35,486 bases of DNA, taken from Gemmatimonadota bacterium. Its GTDB lineage: Bacteria; Gemmatimonadota; Gemmatimonadetes; Palauibacterales; Palauibacteraceae. Where the stretch lies: assembly GCA_030601615.1 (NCBI GenBank), contig JAUVTH010000001.1, positions 1 to 35,486 of the forward strand, in the 5' to 3' direction. Shown in pieces: positions 9,465 through 18,133 of this stretch; position 1 is the first letter of the stretch; every line of letters starts with the position of its first letter. The translations under genes were made by a program, and so were the position numbers. The notes under the pieces were generated by a model. It did no database searches, was not told the DNA's origin, and saw nothing but the letters and a program-made list of their open reading frames with translations.

Positions 9465-9925
9465 CTTCGGTCCTGTTCGTGTGCACGGGGAATACCTGTC
9501 GCAGCCCTCTGGCAGAGGCGTTCACCAGACGGGGAGCCCGGCTCCGGGGTCTCGAGCTGACTGTGGCTTCCGCCGGGACTTTCGCCGTCGAAGGTACGCC
9601 GGCCACGGGGCACGCATTGCGGGCCGCGGCCCGGCGAGGCACTGACCTTTCCATGCATCGGTCTCGTCTTCTCAGTGCCGAGAGCCTGGCGGGAGTGGAC
9701 CTGGTGGTGGGCATGAGTCCGTCACACGTGCAGGCGCTCCCGAACGGCTACGTTCACGAGATCTCGGCCTCACTCGCCACGGACTTCCTCCCATCCGACC
9801 ACGTTCTCCACGGCGCTCCGGTGTCGGATCCCCATGGTCGAGATGAAGCCGCTTACGAGGAGACGGCCCGGCTGCTGGAAGAGTGCGTGGCCGGAATCCT
9901 CGACGACCTTTCCGGGCACGGATGA
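9461..9925 (+). CDS. Low-molecular-weight protein phosphatase (LMW-PTP / YwlE-like; arsenate-reductase fold)
   Basis: The CX5R(S) active site at the N-terminus, MTSVLFVCTGNTCRSPLAEA, plus the later VSDPHG D-loop. The ATG at 9461 overlaps the tsaC stop (ATGA), so the track ORF starting at 9206 is an upstream over-extension. tsaC next to an LMW-PTP gene mirrors B. subtilis ywlC-ywlE. Confidence 0.88.
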   Translation: MTSVLFVCTGNTCRSPLAEAFTRRGARLRGLELTVASAGTFAVEGTPATGHALRAAARRGTDLSMHRSRLLSAESLAGVDLVVGMSPSHVQALPNGYVHEISASLATDFLPSDHVLHGAPVSDPHGRDEAAYEETARLLEECVAGILDDLSGHG

Positions 9926-10788
9926 CCGGGGGTCTCAGCCGGTACGGCCTGCTGGGCGATCCCGTAGCCCACTCGCTCTCACCCTCGATGTACCGGGCTG
10001 CATTCGTTCAGCTTGGCATTAATGCTTCGTACGAGGCGGTCCGGGTCCCCGGAGGAGACCTGGACCGCCTCGTACGGGAGATGCGCGACCTGGCTGCTTC
10101 CGGTGGCGGTAACGTGACGGTTCCGCATAAGGAAGACGCTGCTCGAATCGTGGATGTTGTCCGGCCGTACGCGAAGCGAACGGGAGCGTGCAACTGCTTC
10201 TGGCTGGATGATTCGGGGCGTCTGGTTGGTGACAACACCGATGTCGGAGGATTCCTGCACGCCACGCGGGACCTGAACGGCCTCGACCTGGATGGCGCGA
10301 AGGTGCTTCTGTTGGGTGCCGGTGGGGCGGCACGGGCAGTGGCCGTCGCCTGTGAGTTGGCCGGGGTCAGGCGTTTGGACATTCACAACCGTACCGCCGA
10401 GCGGGCCGAGAGACTGATCGAGGAACTGGGACTGGAGAAGATCGCCAGGACCGTTGCCGCGCCGCCTGGATCCGCGACTACCTATGACTGTGATCTCGTG
10501 GTGAACTCCACGAGCCTGGGTCTCGAGCCCTTTGATCTGCTGCCGCTATCTTTCGGCGACGTGAGAGTACGGTTCGCCTTCGATCTCGTGTACGGCCGGG
10601 GAGGCACGGAGTGGACCCGGGCGGCGGAGTTCGCTGGAGTGCCCGCAAGGGACGGTCTCTCGATGCTCGTACGGCAGGCCGTGCTGAGCCTCGAGCGCTG
10701 GTTCGGTGTGGAGAGCATTCAAGAGGGGACGACGGACACCATGTGGGCGGCGGCAAGGGATGGTCTGAATCTCGGGTCCGCAGGGTGA
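9922..10788 (+). CDS. aroE: Shikimate dehydrogenase
   Basis: GLLGDPVAHSLSPSMY, NVTVPHK, GDNTD and the NAD(P) loop LLGAGGAARAV. The ATG at 9922 overlaps the phosphatase stop (ATGA), so the track start at 9883 is over-extended. Confidence 0.92.
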   Translation: MTGGLSRYGLLGDPVAHSLSPSMYRAAFVQLGINASYEAVRVPGGDLDRLVREMRDLAASGGGNVTVPHKEDAARIVDVVRPYAKRTGACNCFWLDDSGRLVGDNTDVGGFLHATRDLNGLDLDGAKVLLLGAGGAARAVAVACELAGVRRLDIHNRTAERAERLIEELGLEKIARTVAAPPGSATTYDCDLVVNSTSLGLEPFDLLPLSFGDVRVRFAFDLVYGRGGTEWTRAAEFAGVPARDGLSMLVRQAVLSLERWFGVESIQEGTTDTMWAAARDGLNLGSAG

Positions 10789-11597
10789 CAGTCGGGACTA
10801 TCCGAGGGCTCGCCGGTTGGCTGGCCGATTTCTGCGATGCGGTAGTCCCGTGCGGGTGCGCCGCGTGTGGCGTAGCGGTCTCCGCTGATCGGTCTCCAAT
10901 CTGCGACCTGTGCGCGTCGAGGGTGGCGCCGATTCCACTGCCCCTGTGCCCTCGGTGCGGGATTACGCGAGTCGTCGAGCAGGCTGGAGCCGCGGGATGT
11001 TCTCAATGCGAAAGCTGGCCTCCCCATCTCTGCCGGACGGCCTCGGCCTGCTTGCACTTCGGGGCTGCTGCCCGGATCGTTCGCGGTCTCAAGTACAGGG
11101 GCTGGACCCAGCTCGCGCGATTCATGGCGATTCGTATGCTGCCGGCCCTGCACCGGGTCGCTGATTCGCCTCATCCTATCCTCGTTCCCGTTCCACTTGC
11201 TCCGGCCCGACGCAGGGAGCGCGGTTTCAATCAGGCTGAGCTTCTGGCCGACGCCCTGTCCGAGTTTACGGGCTGGGAGGTAGCTGACGTGCTGTGCCGG
11301 GTGCGCGGCGGTCCGTCACAGGCGAGACTCGGGCGACGGCAGCGGGAGCGCAGGGCGGCCGGTGCCTACGCGATCGATCCTGGTGCGGCGGAGGGACTGG
11401 TGTCGTACACGCTGATGGGAACGGACGGGGCCGAGTGCGAGCCTGAAATGAGCGCGCTGGCGGCGGTGGTCGTGGACGATGTGATTACGACGGGTTCCAC
11501 GGCGGGAGCCTGCGCGGTGGCGCTCGAGGCAGCCGGGCTGGAGTGCCTCGGCGCCGTGAGTTTCGCCAGAACCGCGCCGGTGCTCGAAGTGGGCTGA
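10785..11597 (+). CDS. ComF-family protein (amidophosphoribosyltransferase-like)
   Basis: N-terminal Cys pairs (CGCAACG...CDLCASR...CPRCG...CSQC) and a C-terminal PRTase motif VVVDDVITTGSTAGA. The GTG at 10785 overlaps the aroE stop (GTGA), so the track start at 10611 lies inside aroE. Confidence 0.85.
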   Translation: MTVGTIRGLAGWLADFCDAVVPCGCAACGVAVSADRSPICDLCASRVAPIPLPLCPRCGITRVVEQAGAAGCSQCESWPPHLCRTASACLHFGAAARIVRGLKYRGWTQLARFMAIRMLPALHRVADSPHPILVPVPLAPARRRERGFNQAELLADALSEFTGWEVADVLCRVRGGPSQARLGRRQRERRAAGAYAIDPGAAEGLVSYTLMGTDGAECEPEMSALAAVVVDDVITTGSTAGACAVALEAAGLECLGAVSFARTAPVLEVG

Positions 11598-11689
11598 TTC
11601 TCCCTCGCGGACGGGGCTTGTGCACGACACTCACCGCGTGCAAGCTATGGTTCCTTCAACCAGGGAATCCTCAGACCGGAGTCAATCAT

Positions 11690-12700
11690 ATGTCGGTCAA
11701 GATCGCGATCAATGGTTTCGGGCGGATCGGACGAAACATCCTCCGCTCAGCGCTGCAGGAGGGAATGGGTGAGCTCGATCTCGTGGCCATTAACGACCTG
11801 ACGGACGCGGCAACGCTGGGACATCTGTTCAAATACGACTCGGTGCATGGCACGTATGACGGCGACGTCCAGGTGGACGGCAACGCACTGGTCATCGACG
11901 GTGAGCGGTTCGACGTCCTCTCGGTGCGCGATCCAGCGGAGCTCCCGTGGTCGGAACTCGGCGTGGACATCGTGTTCGAGGCCACCGGCCTGTTCCGCAA
12001 GCGGTCGGACGCGTCGAAGCACCTGGACGCCGGGGCGCGAAAGGTCGTGATCACCGCTCCGGCGCCGGACCCGGACGTAACGATCGTGCTGGGAGTGAAC
12101 GGAGACGACTACGATCCCGCGAGACACGACATCATCTCGAACGCCAGTTGCACGACCAACTGCGTTGCACCGGCCGTAAAGGTGCTGGTGGACGAGTTCG
12201 GTTTCGAGAGTGGCCTGATGACGACGGTGCACAGCTATACGAATGACCAGCGTATCCTGGATCTGCCACACAAGGACCTTCGACGCGCGAGAGCGGCTGC
12301 AGTCTCGATTATTCCAACGACGACAGGGGCCGCCAAGGCGACCGGGCTGGTGATACCGGCAGTCAAGGGCAAGATCGACGGAATGGCCATGCGCGTGCCG
12401 ACCCCCAACGTTTCCATAGTCGATCTCGTCGCGAACCTTGGCCGGGATACGACGGTCGAGGAAGTCAACGACGCGTATCGCCGTGCCGCCGAAGGAAGCA
12501 TGAAGGGCATACTGGCATACGAGGAGACCCTTCTCGTTTCGGTGGACTACGTGGGCAACCCGAACAGTTCCATTATTGACGGGCCGTCCACGTCGGTCGT
12601 CGCAGGCCGGCTCGTGAAGGTGATCTCGTGGTACGACAACGAGTGGGCCTACTCCATGCGCTGCGTGGACCTCGCTCGTTACATCGGGCAGAGTCTTTAG
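11690..12700 (+). CDS. gap: Glyceraldehyde-3-phosphate dehydrogenase, type I
   Basis: MSVKIAINGFGRIGRN N-terminus, the active site SNASCTTNC, and WYDNEW near the C-terminus. The ATG at 11690 is preceded by GGAG. The track start at 11543 overlaps comF and is rejected. Confidence 0.96.
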   Translation: MSVKIAINGFGRIGRNILRSALQEGMGELDLVAINDLTDAATLGHLFKYDSVHGTYDGDVQVDGNALVIDGERFDVLSVRDPAELPWSELGVDIVFEATGLFRKRSDASKHLDAGARKVVITAPAPDPDVTIVLGVNGDDYDPARHDIISNASCTTNCVAPAVKVLVDEFGFESGLMTTVHSYTNDQRILDLPHKDLRRARAAAVSIIPTTTGAAKATGLVIPAVKGKIDGMAMRVPTPNVSIVDLVANLGRDTTVEEVNDAYRRAAEGSMKGILAYEETLLVSVDYVGNPNSSIIDGPSTSVVAGRLVKVISWYDNEWAYSMRCVDLARYIGQSL

Positions 12701-12742
12701 GCGAGGCTGGTTGGGCGACTTGCCAGGACGAGAGGACGAAGC

Positions 12743-13942
12743 GTGCCGAGAAAGGGCTTGAGAGACCTGGAGCCTTCTGAGCTGGAAGGGCGCCGGGTCC
12801 TGATTCGAGTGGACTATAACGTCCCACTGAATGAGGATGGGTCGGTCGGCGACGTGACCCGCGTTGAGGCTACGATCCCCACCCTCCGATACGTGATGGA
12901 CCACGGCGGTCGGCCGGTCCTCCTGTCGCATCTCGGACGCCCGAAAAGTCAGGTAGTGCCTTCTTTGTCTCTGGCGCCGGTGGCTCTGGTATTGGCTGAG
13001 CTGCTCGGGGCGCCGGCGAGGTTCGTTACGTCGACCGACTCGAGTGAAGCGCTGGACGCGATCGAGAACCTTCCACGCGGCGAAGTGCTGCTGCTGGAGA
13101 ACACGCGCTTCCTTCCCGGTGAGACGAACAACGACCTCGATCTCGCGGCCCGGTTCGCGCGGCTCGGCGATCTGTTCGTGAACGATGCCTTCGGCAGTAC
13201 GCACCGGGCCCACGCGTCCGTGGTCGGAGTCACGGAATTCCTTCGACCGGCTGTCGCCGGTTTCCTCGTCCAGAAGGAACTCGAAGCCCTGAACACCCTG
13301 CGCGGGGCCGGACGCAGGCCGTTCGTCGTGATCCTCGGCGGCGCCAAGATCGGCGACAAGATCGGCCTGCTGGAGACGTTCCTGGAAAGCGCTGATGTTG
13401 TGCTCATCGGCGGTGCAATGGCAAACACCTTCCTTGCGGCCAGCGGGGCGAGCACCGGACTGTCGCTCGTCGAGGAAGACGCTGTTCCCACGGCGCGTCG
13501 CTTCCTGGATACCGGTGCGGACAAGCTTCGATTGCCGAGCGACCTAATCGTGGCGCTGCCGGATGCAGCGGATGCGACTGCGGCCGATGTGGTGGCCGCG
13601 AGTTCCGTTCCGGCGGACCTGGCCGCGCTGGACATCGGTCCGGATACTCGCACCGCGTTTGGAGCGATCGTGCGCGATGCCGCGACGGTGTTCTGGAACG
13701 GGCCCATGGGCGTGTTCGAGAGGCACGGTTTCGATGCCGGGACCGTCGAGGTCGCTCGGGCGGTGGCCGACTGCACGGCGGGTGGTGGGTTCACGGTCAT
13801 TGGTGGCGGTGACTCGGCCAGTGCGATCCGCCAGGCCGGTCTTTCCGATGCGGTTTCACATGTTTCGACCGGTGGTGGGGCATCGTTGGAGTACCTGGCG
13901 AAGGGGACACTCCCGGGGATCGAAGCCCTGGATTCGGCCTGA
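12743..13942 (+). CDS. pgk: Phosphoglycerate kinase
   Basis: RVDYNVPL, SHLGRPK, FVNDAFGSTHRAH, GGAKIGDKI and STGGGASLEYL motifs. GTG start with GAGAGGA upstream. Confidence 0.95.
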   Translation: MPRKGLRDLEPSELEGRRVLIRVDYNVPLNEDGSVGDVTRVEATIPTLRYVMDHGGRPVLLSHLGRPKSQVVPSLSLAPVALVLAELLGAPARFVTSTDSSEALDAIENLPRGEVLLLENTRFLPGETNNDLDLAARFARLGDLFVNDAFGSTHRAHASVVGVTEFLRPAVAGFLVQKELEALNTLRGAGRRPFVVILGGAKIGDKIGLLETFLESADVVLIGGAMANTFLAASGASTGLSLVEEDAVPTARRFLDTGADKLRLPSDLIVALPDAADATAADVVAASSVPADLAALDIGPDTRTAFGAIVRDAATVFWNGPMGVFERHGFDAGTVEVARAVADCTAGGGFTVIGGGDSASAIRQAGLSDAVSHVSTGGGASLEYLAKGTLPGIEALDSA

Positions 13943-13948
13943 GGAACT

Positions 13949-14707
13949 ATGAACGATTCAAGACGACCGATGTTCGCGGCGAACTGGAAGATGCACATGG
14001 GTCCGCGCGGAGCGTCGGAGTTCGTTGCGGCATTCGCCGAACTTTACGCTCCGCGTGACGACGCTCGGATCGTGTTCTTTCCGCCGTCCATAAGCGTTGC
14101 CGCGTTTCGAGACGCATCTGAGGGTCGGCCAGATCTGGAGCTGGGCGTTCAGGATGTTCATGAGGCTGTGTCGGGGGCCCACACGGGCGCGGTGTCGGCC
14201 GCGATGGCGAAGGAGGCGGGCGTTGGCTGGGCGCTGGCCGGTCATTCGGAGCGGAGGCGTGAGTTTGGCGACGACGACGCAACGGTGGCGACGAAGGTGA
14301 ACCGGATTCTCGAGTCTGACACCCGTCCCCTCCTGTGTGTGGGCGAGACGCTCGAGGAGCGCGAGGCGGGCCAGTTGGAGACCGTTTTGTCGCGGCAGAT
14401 CAAGGCAGTCCTCGACACGTTGGACGGCCACGGCATCGCGGGTCTCACATATGCGTACGAGCCAGTCTGGGCTATCGGCACCGGGCGTACGGCGTCGGCG
14501 GATGACGCGGCGGCGGCGCACGCGGTCGTGCGACGCGAGATCGAGATGCGCGGCGGTCCTGCTGACGCGGTCATTCTGTACGGTGGTAGTGTGAAACCGG
14601 CCAACATCGACGAGTTGCTCTCGGCGCACGGAGTCGACGGGGTCCTGGTCGGTGGCGCCAGTCTGGATCCTGAAGGCTTCGCGGCGATCTGCTCGGCTGG
14701 TCGTTGA
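13949..14707 (+). CDS. tpiA: Triosephosphate isomerase
   Basis: AANWKMH, GHSERR, AYEPVWAIGTG and YGGSVKP motifs. Part of the conserved gap-pgk-tpiA-secG order. Confidence 0.95.
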   Translation: MNDSRRPMFAANWKMHMGPRGASEFVAAFAELYAPRDDARIVFFPPSISVAAFRDASEGRPDLELGVQDVHEAVSGAHTGAVSAAMAKEAGVGWALAGHSERRREFGDDDATVATKVNRILESDTRPLLCVGETLEEREAGQLETVLSRQIKAVLDTLDGHGIAGLTYAYEPVWAIGTGRTASADDAAAAHAVVRREIEMRGGPADAVILYGGSVKPANIDELLSAHGVDGVLVGGASLDPEGFAAICSAGR

Positions 14708-14739
14708 GGGCAGGGAGGAAGGCGTGGGCGTCTTCGACG

Positions 14740-14768
14740 TTGACTCCGTTCGCGGGAATCCCTAATTT
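14740..14768 (+). promoter_or_regulatory. Candidate sigma70-type promoter: TTGACT - 17 nt - TAATTT
   Basis: TTGACT at 14740-14745, a 17-nt spacer, and TAATTT at 14763-14768, forming an AT-rich patch in a GC-rich intergenic region upstream of secG. The promoter consensus for this lineage is unknown. Confidence 0.35.
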
Positions 14769-14775
14769 CGCAGCC

Positions 14776-14810
14776 GGTGCGGGCCCTGTCAGGAGGCCCG
14801 CACCTTTTTT
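14776..14810 (+). terminator. Canonical rho-independent terminator
   Basis: Perfect 10-bp GC-rich stem GGTGCGGGCC (14776-14785) / GGCCCGCACC (14795-14804), a 9-nt loop, then TTTTTT (14805-14810). It lies between tpiA and secG. Confidence 0.8.
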
Positions 14811-14831
14811 GTCACGCGAGGAAGAGGCGGA

Positions 14832-15236
14832 ATGTTTACGCTACTGACGGCTCTGATCAGCATCATCTCGTTTCTGCTGATCTTGATCGTATTGCTGCAG
14901 TCCGGTAAGGGCGGCGGTCTGGCGGCCGAGTTCGGGGGGGCTTCGTCGTCCACGGATTCGTTCATAGGAGGACGGCAGGCTGCCAACTTCCTGACGCGGG
15001 CCACCTGGTACGGAGGAGGCGCCTTCCTGGCGCTGGCGCTAATGCTGGCCGTTCTGTCGGCCCGTCAATCTTCCACGCCGGAGTCGATCCTCCGCCAGGA
15101 CGTCGGACAGCGGGCGGCACCACCCGCATCCGTTCTGGAGACGGAGGGGCAGGGAACGCAGGTCACCCCGGTACCGGTTCAGGCTCCAGCGGAAAGTGAG
15201 ACCGGCTCCCCCGAAGAGGATCCCGAAGGCGACTGA
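14832..15236 (+). CDS. secG: Preprotein translocase subunit SecG
   Basis: N-terminal TM helix followed by LLQSGKGGGL, the signature SecG motif. A second hydrophobic segment and a low-complexity tail follow. The gene sits after tpiA, with RBS GAGGAAGAGG. Confidence 0.88.
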   Translation: MFTLLTALISIISFLLILIVLLQSGKGGGLAAEFGGASSSTDSFIGGRQAANFLTRATWYGGGAFLALALMLAVLSARQSSTPESILRQDVGQRAAPPASVLETEGQGTQVTPVPVQAPAESETGSPEEDPEGD

Positions 15237-15269
15237 CGACGGCAATTCAGGGACCTGGCGGTAACGAAG

Positions 15270-15872
15270 TCAGGGCCCTGCCGACACGGCGGGGTCCGGC
15301 TTGAACGGCTCGTCCGGCGGCAGGTCCAGGTAGCCGACGAATCTGCCAAGATCCACCTGCTCTGCCAACCATTCGTCAAAACCAGAGGACACGAGACCGG
15401 CCGGGGCTTTGCCTGACCTGGCCGTGGCGACGACCAGGTCGTTGGCGTACTCGTTCTTCGGGTGCTCGGCGTGTCCCCGTACCCAGCGCCACTCCACCCG
15501 GTGCATGGCCGCACCGGCGACGAGGCGTCGCCACAGATCGAGGTTTTCGATCGGCCCGCTCTTGCGCTTCCAGCCTCTCTGGGCCCACCCGTGCACCCAG
15601 TCGTTCATTCCGCGCACGAGGTACTGGCTGTCGGACGTGAATACGACGTCGCAGGGCCTCTTGAGGGCCGACAGGCCGAGTATGGCCGACAACAGGGCCA
15701 TTCGGTTGTTCGTCGTGTCGGGTTCGAACGCGGCGAAATCTCTTCGGTACCAGCCCTTCCGACCGTCGAACCGCTCGAGCATGCCAGCAGCGGCCCCGGG
15801 CCGGGCAACGTCCTGTCGCTGGTTGCCGAGGCAGGATTCGTCCGCGTAGATATAAACCAGATCGGGTGCCAT
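15270..15872 (-). CDS. rnhA: Ribonuclease HI, with a C-terminal extension of about 50 aa
   Basis: MAPDLVYIYADESCLGN..., TTNNRMAL, FTSDSQY, W.KR.WK, VEWRWVRGHAEHPKNEYAD (RNase HI catalytic D-E-D-D context). The start ATG is the complement of 15870-15872. The 501-aa track ORF is an over-extension antisense to carA. Confidence 0.9.
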   Translation of the reverse strand: MAPDLVYIYADESCLGNQRQDVARPGAAAGMLERFDGRKGWYRRDFAAFEPDTTNNRMALLSAILGLSALKRPCDVVFTSDSQYLVRGMNDWVHGWAQRGWKRKSGPIENLDLWRRLVAGAAMHRVEWRWVRGHAEHPKNEYANDLVVATARSGKAPAGLVSSGFDEWLAEQVDLGRFVGYLDLPPDEPFKPDPAVSAGP

Positions 15873-15914
15873 AGCGCTCCGCAATGTGTCGACGTGATCG
15901 TGAACCTCAATTGG

Positions 15915-17054
15915 ATGCCGGCGGTGACCCTCACGCAAGATCTGAACGGGTACCTTCTTCTGGAAGATGGCAAGACGTGGCCGGGTCGGTTGGCAGGCGC
16001 GGCCAACGATACCGCCGGCGAGTTGGTGTTTACGACCAATCTGACTGGCTACCAGGAGGTGCTCACGGATCCGTCCTTCGCAGGGCAGATCGTCGTAATG
16101 ACCGCTCCCATGATAGGCAATTACGGGGTCACGCCGGCGGACGAGCAGGCATCCAGGCCCTGGGTCGCCGGCTTCGTCGTGCGGGAGATGTCGAGGGTAA
16201 CGAGCGGCTGGCGAGCTACGGAGGGGCTCGAGAAGTATCTGACGACACACGGGATCTCCGCGCTCACCGGCGCAGACACACGGGCGATCACCAGGCACGT
16301 CCGAGACAGAGGCACGATGCGCGCGCTGATCGCTTCCGCCTCCCTCTCGATCGAGGAGGGTCTGGAGCGGCTCGCCTCTCACCCGGTCATGGAAGGCCTC
16401 GATCTGGCGACCGGCGTGTCGACGACCGAACCGTATTCGGTCAAGGCCCGCGGCCCGGAGAGAGGTGTCGTCGTCTGTCTGGACTACGGAGTGAAGCGGC
16501 GCAGTCTCGACCTGATAGCCGCGGAGGGTTATCGAGTCGAGGTGCTGCCGGCGAGCGTCGGACCTGAGGGAATCCTGCAACGGCGACCGGCGGGCCTGTT
16601 CGTATCCAACGGCCCCGGAGACCCCGCTGCGGTGCCGGGTGCGGCGGAGACCGTCCGGGCCGTCAGCGATGCAGGGGTACCGGTATTCGGGATATGCCTC
16701 GGTTGCCAGTTGATCGCACGGGCGTTCGGCGGGCGGACGTACAAGCTGCCGTACGGACACCGGGGAGGGAACCACCCGGTACGCAACCTCGACACGGGCG
16801 CGATCGAGATCACGTCACAGAACCACGGCTTTGCGATAGCCGAAATGGAGGGTTTGGCGGAGGGTGCGGTGGAGCTGAGAGTCACTCACCGGAACCTCAA
16901 CGACGGGACCGTGGAGGGGCTGGCCCACGCGTCGCGACCGGTGTTTGCGGTCCAGTATCATCCCGAGGCGGCCCCGGGTCCGCACGACAGCCGGTACCTG
17001 TTTCGGCGGTTCGTCGAAGCGATGGACGCAACTTCTGCGGTGCCAACCGGTTGA
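15915..17054 (+). CDS. carA: Carbamoyl-phosphate synthase small (glutamine amidotransferase) subunit
   Basis: LLLEDG...FTTNLTGYQEVLTDPSFAGQIVVMTAPMIGNYGV, the GATase triad context GICLGCQ, and QYHPEA. The ATG at 15915 gives a 379-aa protein of normal CarA size. The track start at 15462 lies antisense within rnhA. Confidence 0.93.
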   Translation: MPAVTLTQDLNGYLLLEDGKTWPGRLAGAANDTAGELVFTTNLTGYQEVLTDPSFAGQIVVMTAPMIGNYGVTPADEQASRPWVAGFVVREMSRVTSGWRATEGLEKYLTTHGISALTGADTRAITRHVRDRGTMRALIASASLSIEEGLERLASHPVMEGLDLATGVSTTEPYSVKARGPERGVVVCLDYGVKRRSLDLIAAEGYRVEVLPASVGPEGILQRRPAGLFVSNGPGDPAAVPGAAETVRAVSDAGVPVFGICLGCQLIARAFGGRTYKLPYGHRGGNHPVRNLDTGAIEITSQNHGFAIAEMEGLAEGAVELRVTHRNLNDGTVEGLAHASRPVFAVQYHPEAAPGPHDSRYLFRRFVEAMDATSAVPTG

Positions 17055-17143
17055 CACGGTTTCGGGCACGGCGCTAGTTTCCACCGGTCTGGGGGCGCCG
17101 CGGACACGGGCCGGCCCGTATATCCAGCGGCAGGATCCCCACC

Positions 17144-18076
17144 ATGGAGGCTCATCTCCGCACGCGGGAGCCACTTGACGTGCAGCGTCGCACGACGGTT
17201 CTCAGCATTGCTATTCTTCTAGCGTTCTTCGCGATCGGCGCAGCCGTGGTCGGTCGCCTGATGCTCGGGGGACACGTTCCCTTCGTTTCCTCAGATCGGG
17301 TGGCGATCATCCCGGTCACGGGCGTGATCGAATCGGACGGGACGTTTCTCCAGCGGCTCAAGCGGTTCCGCGAGGACGAGTCCGTCCGTGGGTTCGTCAT
17401 AGAGATACGGTCCCCGGGTGGCGTCGCGGGGGCGGCCCAGAGCATGTACTCCGAGCTCGCTCGTCTGCGGGACGAAGATGAGCGACCCGTCGTGGCGTGG
17501 ATCGGAGAGATCGGCGCGTCCGGTGGCTACTACGTCGCCCTGGGTGCCGACAGCATTCTGGCGCTGCCGAGTGCCCTCACCGGATCCATTGGTGTGATTA
17601 TGCAATTCCCGAACGCCGGGGAGCTCCTGCGAAAGGTCGGCGTCGGGCTGGAGGTCGTGAAGAGCGGTGACTTGAAGGGCCTGGGCTCGCCTGTCCGGGA
17701 TCTCACGGACGAGGAGCGGCGAGTGCTCCAGGACTTGGTGGACGACGTCTACGACCAGTTCCTTGCGGCCGTCGTCGAGAACAGGGAGCTGGGGCGGGAG
17801 CAGGCAGCGTCACTCGCGGATGGACGCGTGATGTCGGGAGCGCAGGCCGCCCGGGCCGGACTCGTGGATCGGACGGCGACGCTGCGCGAAGCAGTGGACG
17901 TGGCCGGCCGGATGGCGGGACTCGGAGAGAATCCGCGTACCGTGCGGCCGGCGGAGCGACGTCTGGGATTCTGGGACATAATCCGCGGAGTGGAGGAGTC
18001 GAGACTGCACCTCATCGTGAGGAGCATCCTCGATCGGTCTCTGGCCGGTCCGAGACTCCGCTATCAATGGCCGTGA
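17144..18076 (+). CDS. sppA: Signal peptide peptidase SppA, 36K type
   Basis: N-terminal membrane anchor, then ClpP/crotonase-like motifs IRSPGG, GASGGYYVA, TGSIGV and VDDVYDQF. Confidence 0.88.
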   Translation: MEAHLRTREPLDVQRRTTVLSIAILLAFFAIGAAVVGRLMLGGHVPFVSSDRVAIIPVTGVIESDGTFLQRLKRFREDESVRGFVIEIRSPGGVAGAAQSMYSELARLRDEDERPVVAWIGEIGASGGYYVALGADSILALPSALTGSIGVIMQFPNAGELLRKVGVGLEVVKSGDLKGLGSPVRDLTDEERRVLQDLVDDVYDQFLAAVVENRELGREQAASLADGRVMSGAQAARAGLVDRTATLREAVDVAGRMAGLGENPRTVRPAERRLGFWDIIRGVEESRLHLIVRSILDRSLAGPRLRYQWP

Positions 18077-18133
18077 TCATACCCCGTCAGGGGCCAGGTC
18101 GGACCATCAACCACCGGCGAAGAGGGAGTTGAC

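Noticed and set aside
11616-11645. Imperfect hairpin after comF (GCTTG-TG-CACG ... CGTG-CAAGC) and possible gap promoter
   Set aside because: The stem is bulged at 5+4 bp and has no U-tract. I also could not find a convincing -35/-10 pair in 11598-11689, so I do not annotate either a terminator or a promoter here.
11747-13213. 488-aa ORF on the minus strand spanning gap and pgk
   Set aside because: It is antisense to two genes with unmistakable GAPDH and PGK motifs and even crosses their intergenic spacer. The translation is Arg/Pro/His-rich and low-complexity, as is typical of shadow ORFs in GC-rich DNA.
15270-17054. Mutually overlapping 501-aa (minus) and 530-aa (plus) ORFs in the track
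   Set aside because: Only the C-terminal 200 aa of the minus ORF (RNase HI) and the C-terminal 379 aa of the plus ORF (CarA) match known proteins. Each N-terminal extension is simply the antisense of the other gene. The starts were re-set to 15872 and 15915.
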